Source: an uncultured Chloroflexia bacterium (GTDB lineage: Bacteria; Chloroflexota; Limnocylindria; Limnocylindrales; CSP1-4). Taken from it: DNA of 64,000 bases. The notes beneath the pieces were generated by a model. It was not told the DNA's origin. It worked only from the letters and a program-made list of their open reading frames with translations, and searched no databases. Positions 11,121-19,570 of the stretch are shown here, piece after piece. The position numbers and the translations under genes were made by a program. The stretch lies in NCBI GenBank assembly GCA_963778955.1, contig CAVZWI010000001.1, positions 480,697 through 544,696 of the forward strand, written 5' to 3'. Positions within the stretch are counted from its first letter, which is position 1. Every line of letters begins with the position of its first letter.

Positions 11121-13364
11121 ATGATCGACATCCCCCTTTACCACCGCGGCCCGCTCGCTCCGTTCGTCGTCGCCGAGCCCCTCCAGCGCCAGGCCCGACC
11201 ACACCGGCGGGTCCACGTAGCGCTCGACCACATCCGGTTCGCGCCGTCCATCCTGGCGGCGTTGCGTCAGGTGCCCGGCGCCCTTCACTCGATCGATGGT
11301 GTGGTGCGCGACGGCACCGCCGCCGGCTCACTCCTGGCACCGCTGCTGGAAGCCATCGACGACGAGCGCGACACGGTGGCGGCACTGGCTGCCGTCCACA
11401 TGCTCGGGCACGTGCCGGGACCCGGTGCCGACCTCGAGCTGGCGGCACTCGTCCTCGAAGACACGCCGGGCTTCGCGGCCCACGCCGCCTGGGCGACCAC
11501 CGACCGTCCCGTCGCGCCGGAACTGGTCGGCCCACTGGCACAGGCGGTCGCGGGCGGCGGCATGCCCGGTTTCCACGCTCAGGCCACGCTCGCGCGGTGG
11601 GCTTCGAGTGCCCCACACCTGGTGCTGACCACCCTGGAGGCCGGATTGAGCCGGGCCACCGACCCGGACGCGCGCCGCTATCTCGCCGAGTCGATCGGGC
11701 TCGTGCCGGGCCGGCGTGCTGGGCGGGTGCTGGAACGCCTGGCCACCGACCGGCGGGAAGAGTCCAGCGTCCGTGGCGCTGCCATCGTCGCCTTCACCGA
11801 GCGAACCGGCGAACCTGTTCCGGACAGCGTCGAGAGGCTGACCCATTCAGACGACGAGTCGGGGCAGGTCGCCCGCCACATGCGGACGCAGCGATGGCTC
11901 ATGGGACGTGGTCCGCAGCGGCCGGACCGAGCGGAAGCCGGCATCCGCATCGCACAGATCCACCTGGCCGCGCACCTGGACCCATCGTCCTCGCGAGCGG
12001 GGATGGGCGATGCCGGCGGTGTGGCTACGCTGTTGGCGCAGCTGAGCGGCCCCCTGCTGGACCAGGAACACATCGCTGAAGTCGTCTCGGTCGGTCGCGG
12101 CTTGCCCGGCGACGTGGTGCAGTCGAGTCGATCACAGGCCGGCCACCGCCTCGAGGGCGTCCCCCTGGCCGCTGGCGAGGGCGCCACCTTCAGCGGCAAC
12201 TGGCCAGCGCTGGTGGCCGCGACTCGCGGCATCCGTTCTGCGTTCCTTGCCGGCTACCTTCCGGACATCGTGCACCTGCGGATGGCCGACCCCGGCAGCG
12301 TGGCCGGCGCCACGGTGGCACGGCAGTTCGGCATCCCGATCGCGTTCACCCTGGCCCCCGATCCCCACGGCCCCATCGCAACGGCTGAAGCGGGTGGCTC
12401 GCTCGACCGACGTTCGTTCGCGGCGCACGACGCCCGCGGTGCGCTGTGGTATCGCGCCGCCCTCGTCGGGCAGCTGGCACGGCAGGCGCGTGAGCTGGTG
12501 CTGTTCCCACGCCCACATCTGGAAGAGCGACTGCGTGGACTGATCGGCGTCGATCTCACGACTGGCCTTCGCCGCCACACCGTCATCGCGGAGGGCATCG
12601 ACCTCGCGCGATCCGAGCGGGCGGCCCGCGCAGTCCGCGACATCATCGCCATGCCACCGGTCGTGGCTGACCTGCAGCGCGCCATCAGTCGGCTGCCCGT
12701 GGCTCGACACGGCCTGCCGCTCATCGTCAGCGTCGGTCGCCTGCACGAGGCCAAGGGCATGGCTCGCCTGGTGGAGGCGTTCGCCATCGACGAATGGCTC
12801 GGTGAGCGGGCCAACCTCGTCATCATCGGTGGCGACCTCGTCGGGCCGACCGCGTCCGAGGCCGCCGAGTTGTCACGCATCGATGCGCTCTTCCATGCCC
12901 ACCCCGGCCTGAGCGATCGAGTCGTCCTCATGGGACACCGACCCAACGACGAGGTCAGCCTCCTGCTAGCCGTGGCGCAGGCGGGCTGGGGCTCGCTCAT
13001 CGGTGCGCGCGGCGCCTACGCCTGTGGCAGCGCCAAGGAGGAGTTCGGCCTGGCCATCATCGAGGCCATGGCGGCCGGCCTCCCGGTGGTCGCACCCCGG
13101 AACGGTGGTCCCTCTACGTACGTGGTCGATGGCACCACGGGCTGGCTCGTGGACACCACCGATGTCGTTGCCCTCGCAGTCGCGGTCCGTGCGGCACTGG
13201 ATCTCTCGGCTGATCGAGCGACAGCCACGCGTACGCGGGCCGTGGTCGCGGAGCGGTTCACGATCGACCGCATGGCGCGCATGCTAGCCGAGGTCTACCG
13301 TCGCGCGGCCGACGGGCCGAGACGCCTGATCCTCGGCGATGCACGCGTTGGGCACACCGCGTGA
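11121..13364 (+). CDS. GT4 glycosyltransferase (sucrose-phosphate-synthase/MshA-like) with an N-terminal helical HEAT-like region
   Basis: DAGGVATLL, SVGRLHEAKG, KEEFGLAIIEAMAAGLPVVAPRNGGP. Confidence 0.82.
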   Translation: MIDIPLYHRGPLAPFVVAEPLQRQARPHRRVHVALDHIRFAPSILAALRQVPGALHSIDGVVRDGTAAGSLLAPLLEAIDDERDTVAALAAVHMLGHVPGPGADLELAALVLEDTPGFAAHAAWATTDRPVAPELVGPLAQAVAGGGMPGFHAQATLARWASSAPHLVLTTLEAGLSRATDPDARRYLAESIGLVPGRRAGRVLERLATDRREESSVRGAAIVAFTERTGEPVPDSVERLTHSDDESGQVARHMRTQRWLMGRGPQRPDRAEAGIRIAQIHLAAHLDPSSSRAGMGDAGGVATLLAQLSGPLLDQEHIAEVVSVGRGLPGDVVQSSRSQAGHRLEGVPLAAGEGATFSGNWPALVAATRGIRSAFLAGYLPDIVHLRMADPGSVAGATVARQFGIPIAFTLAPDPHGPIATAEAGGSLDRRSFAAHDARGALWYRAALVGQLARQARELVLFPRPHLEERLRGLIGVDLTTGLRRHTVIAEGIDLARSERAARAVRDIIAMPPVVADLQRAISRLPVARHGLPLIVSVGRLHEAKGMARLVEAFAIDEWLGERANLVIIGGDLVGPTASEAAELSRIDALFHAHPGLSDRVVLMGHRPNDEVSLLLAVAQAGWGSLIGARGAYACGSAKEEFGLAIIEAMAAGLPVVAPRNGGPSTYVVDGTTGWLVDTTDVVALAVAVRAALDLSADRATATRTRAVVAERFTIDRMARMLAEVYRRAADGPRRLILGDARVGHTA

Positions 13365-14719
13365 CCCTGCTCATCATCACTCCCGACTACGCCTCGCACG
13401 CGGTCCCGATGCTCACCATCGGTCGCGCCTGGCAGCGCCGGGGCCAGCGGGTAGTCGTCGCCACTGGGCCGATCATGGCACCGCTGGTACGCCATGCCGG
13501 CATGGAGCACACCGAGCTGATCATGTCGCGTGGCTCGAATGCTGGCGTCATCCGAACGGAGCAGGCGCGGGACACCGAAGCTCGCTCACTGGAAGCCTTC
13601 TTCACGGCCACGAGAGCGGGCATGGTCCCGACGCTGCGCTACCAGGCGGAACAACGGTCGACCGATCTGTTGTGGCGTCCCACGCAGGTCGCCCATCGCA
13701 CCCTGCGCATCCTAGACAGTCACGCGCCCGACACCATCCTCGTGGATCACCTCGCGTTCGCCGCCACCATCGGCCTGCGAGCCGCTGGCGCAGCCTACGG
13801 CGATGTGGTGCTGGGGCACCCCACGGCACTCCCGGTGGGCGATGAGCTCTACGGCGTGCCCTCTGCCTGGCCACCGGCGCTCCATCCCGACGTCATCGAG
13901 ATGGAGACGCTCCGACACACCGCTCGCGCCGTGACAGACGCATTCACCGCGGCCTACAACGAGGCCTTTCGGACGGTCGCTTCTGGTGCGCCAACGGTGC
14001 CAGACGCGTTCGGTGCCCACGGCGATGTGGTGCTCTACAACTATCCAGCCGCACTCCACGGACCGATCCGCAGCGCGCTCCTGCCTCGGCACGCCTTCCT
14101 TGGCAGTGCCGTACGCGATGAGGAGATCGACCCAGATACGCAGGAGTGGCTGGCCCGGTCCGACGGGCGCCCCCTGGTGGTGGTTTCGCTGGGAACGTTC
14201 CTCTCGGCACGCATCGACGTGCTGGCGCGCATCGCCGTCGCCCTGCAGCAGCTCGACGTTCGTGTCGCGATCGCCATCGGTGCGAACCAGCCGAGCGATC
14301 TGGGCCCGGTGCCGACCGACTGGCTGGTACGCACGACCCTGCCCCAGGTCGCGCTGCTCGAGCATGCCGACCTGCTGATCACACATGGCGGCAACAACAG
14401 CATCACCGAAGCGCTCCACCATGGCGTGCCCATGTTGGTCCTGCCCTTCTCGACCGACCAGTTCGACGGCGCTGCGGCGATCGAGCGCGGTCTGGTCGGT
14501 GTGGCTCTGGACCCCAACCGCTCCTCACGCCGCCTTATCGCGGGAGCTGCCCGCGGCCTGCTGCGGCGGCCACCGGCCGCTCCCGCGCGGATCGGCGAGC
14601 TCCTGCGGACACGGCCCGGACCGGAACTCGCGTACGACACCATGTCCGGCGTGCCGCGTGTGGCAGCGCCTGGGCAACCGATGGCACCACCGACCACCAC
14701 GGCCTCCCCTGCCGCCTAG
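13361..14719 (+). CDS. GT1 (MGT/UDP-glycosyltransferase) family protein
   Basis: DYASHAVPM catalytic His region, VSLGTF, LPQVALLEHADLLITHGGNNSITEALHHGVPMLVLPFSTDQ (UGT signature); GTGA overlap with the upstream gene. Confidence 0.88.
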   Translation: MTLLIITPDYASHAVPMLTIGRAWQRRGQRVVVATGPIMAPLVRHAGMEHTELIMSRGSNAGVIRTEQARDTEARSLEAFFTATRAGMVPTLRYQAEQRSTDLLWRPTQVAHRTLRILDSHAPDTILVDHLAFAATIGLRAAGAAYGDVVLGHPTALPVGDELYGVPSAWPPALHPDVIEMETLRHTARAVTDAFTAAYNEAFRTVASGAPTVPDAFGAHGDVVLYNYPAALHGPIRSALLPRHAFLGSAVRDEEIDPDTQEWLARSDGRPLVVVSLGTFLSARIDVLARIAVALQQLDVRVAIAIGANQPSDLGPVPTDWLVRTTLPQVALLEHADLLITHGGNNSITEALHHGVPMLVLPFSTDQFDGAAAIERGLVGVALDPNRSSRRLIAGAARGLLRRPPAAPARIGELLRTRPGPELAYDTMSGVPRVAAPGQPMAPPTTTASPAA

Positions 14720-14749
14720 TCCGCATACCCAGCACTACGTCTCCAGAAT

Positions 14750-14785
14750 CACTCGAGCCGGCCCCGCAAGGGGCCGGCTCGAGTG
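14750..14785. terminator. 16-bp perfect stem with GCAA loop between convergent genes
   Basis: CACTCGAGCCGGCCCC-GCAA-GGGGCCGGCTCGAGTG. Confidence 0.8.
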
Positions 14786-14805
14786 GCAGAGGGGTGGGAG
14801 TCCGA

Positions 14806-15324
14806 TTACGGGAGCAGGACGTCGTTCACCACGTGGATGAAGCCATTGCTGGCACGAACGTTCGGCAGGATGATGCGAGCGCCATCGATCTCGACGCGCC
14901 ACCACTTGCCGGTGATCTCAGCCCGCTGGCCGTTGAGCATGGTCACCGAACTGCCGATCGCCTTGCGGGCGTCGCGGTAGGAGACCCTGCCGTCGATGAC
15001 GTGGTAGGTGAGGATGCTCAGGAGCGAACCCTGGTCTCCCTCGAAGGTCGAGCAGACGTTGCGCTTGTTGAGCCCGAGCTGGCGGAAGGCGCGGTCGGTC
15101 GGGGCGAACAGCGTGGTGTCCGGCTGTGACAGCGCGTCGACGACCGCGCTGTCGAAGTAGTCGCAGGTCGCCGCAGCCAGGAGCGTGTCGAAAGCGCCGG
15201 TGTACTTGTTGACCTGCACGGCACGCTCGACGATGTTCTTGCTAGGGCTGGCGCTGGTGACGGGGGCGAAAGCGGTGAGAGCAAGTGACGCCAGCAGTAC
15301 GCTGGCGATAAGCTTCTTGAACAC
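14806..15324 (-). CDS. secreted fasciclin (FAS1) domain protein
   Basis: Signal peptide; TLFAPTDRAF, ILTYHVI, NGFIHVVNDVLLP. Confidence 0.92.
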   Translation of the reverse strand: MFKKLIASVLLASLALTAFAPVTSASPSKNIVERAVQVNKYTGAFDTLLAAATCDYFDSAVVDALSQPDTTLFAPTDRAFRQLGLNKRNVCSTFEGDQGSLLSILTYHVIDGRVSYRDARKAIGSSVTMLNGQRAEITGKWWRVEIDGARIILPNVRASNGFIHVVNDVLLP

Positions 15325-15412
15325 TGGTGTTACCTCCTCATCGATGTTTGGCGGAGACGCGAATGGGGCCTGGCCGGGGGAAGCCAGACCCCATCCGCGC
15401 GGTCGGAGACTG

Positions 15413-16708
15413 CTAGTTGGCGGATGCCTCTTCGACGAGGATCACGTTGAAGGAGTCAGGGAACTGGCCGATAGCGATGGCGCTGTAGGCCTTCCCGTCC
15501 TCGAGCGTGAGCGGCGGGATGTCGAAGGCAGCGGCCTTCTTGCCAGCGGCGCGGATCTCGAGATCGACCTCACCAGCAGGCACGTTCTTGTAGCCCTTGG
15601 CATCGCCGAATTCGAGGTTCTTGAAGATGGCGCCCTTCTTGCCGGTGCCGTCGGGCGCGACGTCGACCTTGGGTGCGTTGGCGCTCAGGTGGACGACGCG
15701 GATCTTGGCACCCTCGGGCGACGGCTGGACCGCAGGGTCCTTGACGACGACGGCAGTGATGTCGGCGAGATCATTGGTCGCAGCGACCGTGGTCCGCGTG
15801 CCGCCATCGAAGGTCAGCTCAGCATCGATGACCACTGGCCCATCCGCCAGCGAAGCGCCGGTCGGGACGACCTGGATCTGGTAGGTGCCGGCCGGCACGT
15901 ACAGGTAGTCAGAGAGCGTGCCGAAGGGCACGTCGGTCAGGATGGCGCCACCGTTGGCATAGACATCCACATTCGGAGCGTCCGCGCTGAAGTGGCCGAC
16001 TCGCACACCTGCGAGTGCGGCGTCGACGGCCGGGACGACCGTGAACGTGCCATCGCCCAGGCCACCGACCGCGAAGACGGAGTAGCTCACACCGTCAGCG
16101 AGGGTGATCTCAGGGATGTCGAAGGCCACGTCGGTGGAGCCCGCGGGGCGGATCTCGAGGTCGTAGGCGCCGCCGGGAAGGGCCAGGTAGCCGGTGTTGT
16201 TGGGGTACTCGAGCTTCTCGATGAGCGCATCGGCGCCGTCAGGAGCGATGTCCACGGCGGGGGCGTCAGCGCTTAGGTGCACCACACGGACCTGGGCGGT
16301 ATCGGAGCTGGGTGCGGGGTCGTCCGCGATGACCTGCGGGACGATGCCGGAGGCCAGGCTGCCGGTAGCGGCAACGGTGGTCATGGTGCCGGCATCAAAG
16401 GTGAGCGTGGCGTCGATGACGACGGGGCCCTCTTCCAGAGTGGCGCCGTTGGGGACGACCTGGATCTGGTAGTCACCGCCGGGGACTTGAAGGTAGTCGG
16501 TGATCTGGCTGAACGCCAGGCCCTCGCCGATGAGCCCACCGTTGGCGTAGATGTCGACGGCGGGGGCGTCGCCGGCTCCGTGCAGCACACGGACCATCGC
16601 GTTCTCGTCTTGGGCGGCCGTGGCAAACGGGATGGCGGTGACGGCGGCCAAAGCGGCGACGGTACCGAGCATCCCGGCCTTGCGGCGAAGGGATAGCTGC
16701 TTGAGCAT
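15413..16708 (-). CDS. secreted DUF4397 protein with repeated beta-sandwich units
   Basis: Signal peptide; four VRVxHxSxDAPxVD-type units. Confidence 0.88.
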   Translation of the reverse strand: MLKQLSLRRKAGMLGTVAALAAVTAIPFATAAQDENAMVRVLHGAGDAPAVDIYANGGLIGEGLAFSQITDYLQVPGGDYQIQVVPNGATLEEGPVVIDATLTFDAGTMTTVAATGSLASGIVPQVIADDPAPSSDTAQVRVVHLSADAPAVDIAPDGADALIEKLEYPNNTGYLALPGGAYDLEIRPAGSTDVAFDIPEITLADGVSYSVFAVGGLGDGTFTVVPAVDAALAGVRVGHFSADAPNVDVYANGGAILTDVPFGTLSDYLYVPAGTYQIQVVPTGASLADGPVVIDAELTFDGGTRTTVAATNDLADITAVVVKDPAVQPSPEGAKIRVVHLSANAPKVDVAPDGTGKKGAIFKNLEFGDAKGYKNVPAGEVDLEIRAAGKKAAAFDIPPLTLEDGKAYSAIAIGQFPDSFNVILVEEASAN

Positions 16709-16758
16709 GAGGGTTTGTTCCTTTCGAACGGGTAGGTTCTCAGCGAATTCGGAGACTG

Positions 16759-16793
16759 GGCTGGTGATGTGGATCGAACCGCATCACCAGCCC
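16759..16793. terminator. intergenic stem-loop between the two DUF4397 genes
   Basis: GGGCTGGTGATG...CATCACCAGCCC inverted repeat. Confidence 0.55.
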
Positions 16794-16814
16794 GGTGGTG
16801 TCGTGGAGCCGCGG

Positions 16815-17561
16815 CTACGCGGCGGGGGACTCAGCGGCCATGTCGTCAGCCGCGGGGGACTCAGCGGCCATGTCGTCAGCCATCAGGCTGGCGTCGACGG
16901 CCGGGAGGACCGTGAAGCTACCGTCGGCCAGGGAGCCGATGGCGAAGACGGTGAAGCTGTTGCCGCCGTCCAGCATCAGGGGGTCGATATCGAAAGCCAC
17001 ATCGGTCGTGCCGGTGGGGCGGATCTCAAGGTCGTACTCACCTGCGGGGAGGTCAAGGTAGCCAGCTGCATCGGGGTAGGCCAGGTTCTCGACCACCACG
17101 TCGCCGCCGTCAAGGGCGACGTCAACGGCCGGGGCATCGGCGCTGAAGTGGACCACGCGAACCTGGGCGATGCCTTCCTGCGGCATGGGATCGTCGGCCA
17201 GAACCTGCGCCTCGATGTTGGCAAGGTTGTTGGTCGCAGCGACGGTCGTCATGGTGCCAGCCGCGAAGTCGAGGTCAACGGGACCGATGACTGCGCCATC
17301 GGCCGGATCGGCACCAGCTGCCACCACTTCGATGGTGTAGGTGCCACCGGGAACCTCGAGGTAGTCGGAGAGAACGCCGAAGGGCACATCGGTGAGGATG
17401 GCGCCACCGTTGGCGTAGACATCCACTGCGGGGGCATCTGGGCTGAAGTGCCCGACGCGGACCTTGGCGTTCTCATCCTGCGCGAACGCGCCGAGGGGGA
17501 GCGCCATGACCGCGGCGAGGGCGGCAGTGGCGGCGATGACCTGCATCTTGTTCTTTCGCAT
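16815..17561 (-). CDS. secreted DUF4397 protein, paralogue of the downstream gene
   Basis: MRKNKMQVIAATAALAA signal peptide preceded by GAAAGGA; VRVGHFSPDAPAVDV and VRVVHFSADAPAVDV; tail DDMAAESPAA twice (30-bp tandem repeat). Confidence 0.88.
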   Translation of the reverse strand: MRKNKMQVIAATAALAAVMALPLGAFAQDENAKVRVGHFSPDAPAVDVYANGGAILTDVPFGVLSDYLEVPGGTYTIEVVAAGADPADGAVIGPVDLDFAAGTMTTVAATNNLANIEAQVLADDPMPQEGIAQVRVVHFSADAPAVDVALDGGDVVVENLAYPDAAGYLDLPAGEYDLEIRPTGTTDVAFDIDPLMLDGGNSFTVFAIGSLADGSFTVLPAVDASLMADDMAAESPAADDMAAESPAA

Positions 17562-17723
17562 ATCTGTGTTCGTCCTTTCGAGAGTGTGTTCGGCTTTGAG
17601 GGGGCGAGCTTTCATCTCGCGGTCTGCGCTGGGATGGAGCGATCTACGCCCTGGCATGTGGGCCCGTCAGGGGCGCCACCGTCGCGTCATCTCGTTGACC
17701 TCCTTCATCTGCTTCCGTCTACG

Positions 17724-17830
17724 TGTATAGGGTTTGTCTAACTGACAGGATGGATACTAGCCCGCCGTCTATGGCTTGTCAAGGGTTTGTGTCACAAAAT
17801 CGAGATGCTATAGTGGACAAAGCATGTACA
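17724..17830. promoter_or_regulatory. divergent promoter/operator between the DUF4397 operon and the CarH-like gene
   Basis: - strand TTGACA(17782-17777)-N17-TAGTAT(17759-17754) with 11-bp-spaced TTGACA/TAGACG and TAGACA/TATACA; + strand extended -10 TGcTATAGT (17806-17814) and TGGACA 17814 + TGTACA 17825 over the start codon. Confidence 0.72.
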
Positions 17831-18741
17831 GCATCAAACAAGCCTCGATCCGCTCCGGCGTGAGCGTGCCTCTCATCCGTGCCTGGGAGCGCCGCTACGG
17901 CGTCGTCAGTCCCCAGCGCACCGCTTCGGGTTACCGGCTCTATGACGACGACGCCATCGGCATGCTCATGCGTGTGCGCGAACTCACCGAAAGCGGCTGG
18001 ACGGCCAGCGAGGCGAGTCGCGCCCTCCTGGCCGGCGAAGTCCCCATCGAGCCGCCGGCCCCCCGACCTGCGTTGCCCGCCAGTGACGAGACCACCCGTT
18101 CGCACAAGACGGCGTTGATCGATCGGTTCGTCGACGCCGCCATGGCGATGGATATCGCGACAATCGGCGCAGCCCTGGACGAGATGTTCGCCCAGGGCTC
18201 ATTCGAATCCATCGTGGACGACCTGCTCATGCCGGCCCTGGTCGAGATCGGCCGAGCCTGGCGAGATGGACGGCTCGACGTCGCCGCCGAGCACACCGCG
18301 AGTGCCGCCGTCTATCGGCGCTTGTCAGCGCTGTACGAGGCCGCGGCCACGGTGGCAGACCCACTCCTGGTCGTCGGGCTCCCGCCCGGATCGCGCCATG
18401 AGTTGGGCTCACTCGCGTTCGCGGTGGCCATGCGTCGACTCGGTATCGGGGTGCTGTACCTGGGGGCAGACGTCCCAGTCACGAGCTGGGTCCATGTCAT
18501 CAAGCAGAACCGTGCTCGCATGGCCGTCGTAGCGGTGGTCCAGGAGGTGGACCGCATCGCCGCCCTCCAGGTGGCCGAGGCATTGCGCGACGCCGGCTTC
18601 CGGTCGACCCTCGCCGTCGGCGGTGGTAGCGCGCGTTGGGATGGTGCCGAGCAAGCCGGTATGGTGGTCCTGCCGGATCGCATCAACGAGGCAGCCGCCA
18701 TGGCCGCCCGGCTGGTCAGGGACGCCAAGCCCAGCAAGTAG
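17824..18741 (+). CDS. MerR-family B12-binding photoreceptor/repressor (CarH/LitR-like)
   Basis: MYSIKQAS...IRAWERRYGVVSPQRTASGYRLY HTH; WRDGRLDVAAEH (Wx9EH); PGSRHELG and YLGADVP of the cobalamin-binding domain. Confidence 0.9.
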   Translation: MYSIKQASIRSGVSVPLIRAWERRYGVVSPQRTASGYRLYDDDAIGMLMRVRELTESGWTASEASRALLAGEVPIEPPAPRPALPASDETTRSHKTALIDRFVDAAMAMDIATIGAALDEMFAQGSFESIVDDLLMPALVEIGRAWRDGRLDVAAEHTASAAVYRRLSALYEAAATVADPLLVVGLPPGSRHELGSLAFAVAMRRLGIGVLYLGADVPVTSWVHVIKQNRARMAVVAVVQEVDRIAALQVAEALRDAGFRSTLAVGGGSARWDGAEQAGMVVLPDRINEAAAMAARLVRDAKPSK

Positions 18742-18802
18742 ACCGGACCGCCCACGCAACGAGGGGGTGACACATGGGTTCCAGACCTCGGCGAGTCGAT
18801 CG

Positions 18803-19570
18803 ATGAGCCTGAGGCTTACCGTCCTCGGTGCCTCGGCTGCCTGGACCGATCGGCCCTGTCGTCCGTCGTCGTGCTACCTCGTCGAGGCCGGAACTGAGGC
18901 CATCCTGCTCGATCTGGGGCAAGGTGCCTTGGGGTCCGTGTTCCCGCATCTTGATCCCTCCAGTCTGGAGGCGGTCGTGATCAGCCACATGCATGGCGAT
19001 CACCACGTGGACCTCATCCCACTGCGCAACCTGCTCAGCTTCGGCTACGACGAGCCACGAAGCATCGGCTTGCATGCTCCGGCAGGACTGCGCGGTCGTT
19101 ACGATGTCTTCACCGGTGAGGATGGGTTCCTCGATAGCCTCGTCGGCCCCGACCTGGCCGATGGCACGCGCCAGATCGGGCGTTTCGAGGTCGAGGCACG
19201 CCGCGTGACCCACTCGGAACAGAGCCATGCCTTCCGGGTCACCGACGCAGCGGCTCCCGATGCTCCCGGCCTCGTCTACAGTGGCGACTGCGGCCGCGCC
19301 GATGATCTGCTGCCGTTGATCCACGAGGGTGACACCGTGCTCTGTGAAGCGTTCTGGTCGACCCTCGAACCAGAACCTGGCGCCAACCACCTTGCGGCCG
19401 CGGATGCGGCCGATATCGCCAGACGCGGAGGAGCTGCTCACTTGATCCTGACCCACATCCTCGAGGCTCACGATCCCCGGGCTGCGCTGCACGCCGCCGA
19501 GGGCATCTTCCCGGGTTTGGTCCGGCTGGCGGAGCCGGAGTTGGTCATCGAGATCGGGGCTGACCGATGA
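18803..19570 (+). CDS. metallo-beta-lactamase fold hydrolase (RNase Z/AtsA-like)
   Basis: LTVLGAS, SSCYLV, LDLGQG, SHMHGDH, YSGDCG, LTHI. Confidence 0.85.
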   Translation: MSLRLTVLGASAAWTDRPCRPSSCYLVEAGTEAILLDLGQGALGSVFPHLDPSSLEAVVISHMHGDHHVDLIPLRNLLSFGYDEPRSIGLHAPAGLRGRYDVFTGEDGFLDSLVGPDLADGTRQIGRFEVEARRVTHSEQSHAFRVTDAAAPDAPGLVYSGDCGRADDLLPLIHEGDTVLCEAFWSTLEPEPGANHLAAADAADIARRGGAAHLILTHILEAHDPRAALHAAEGIFPGLVRLAEPELVIEIGADR

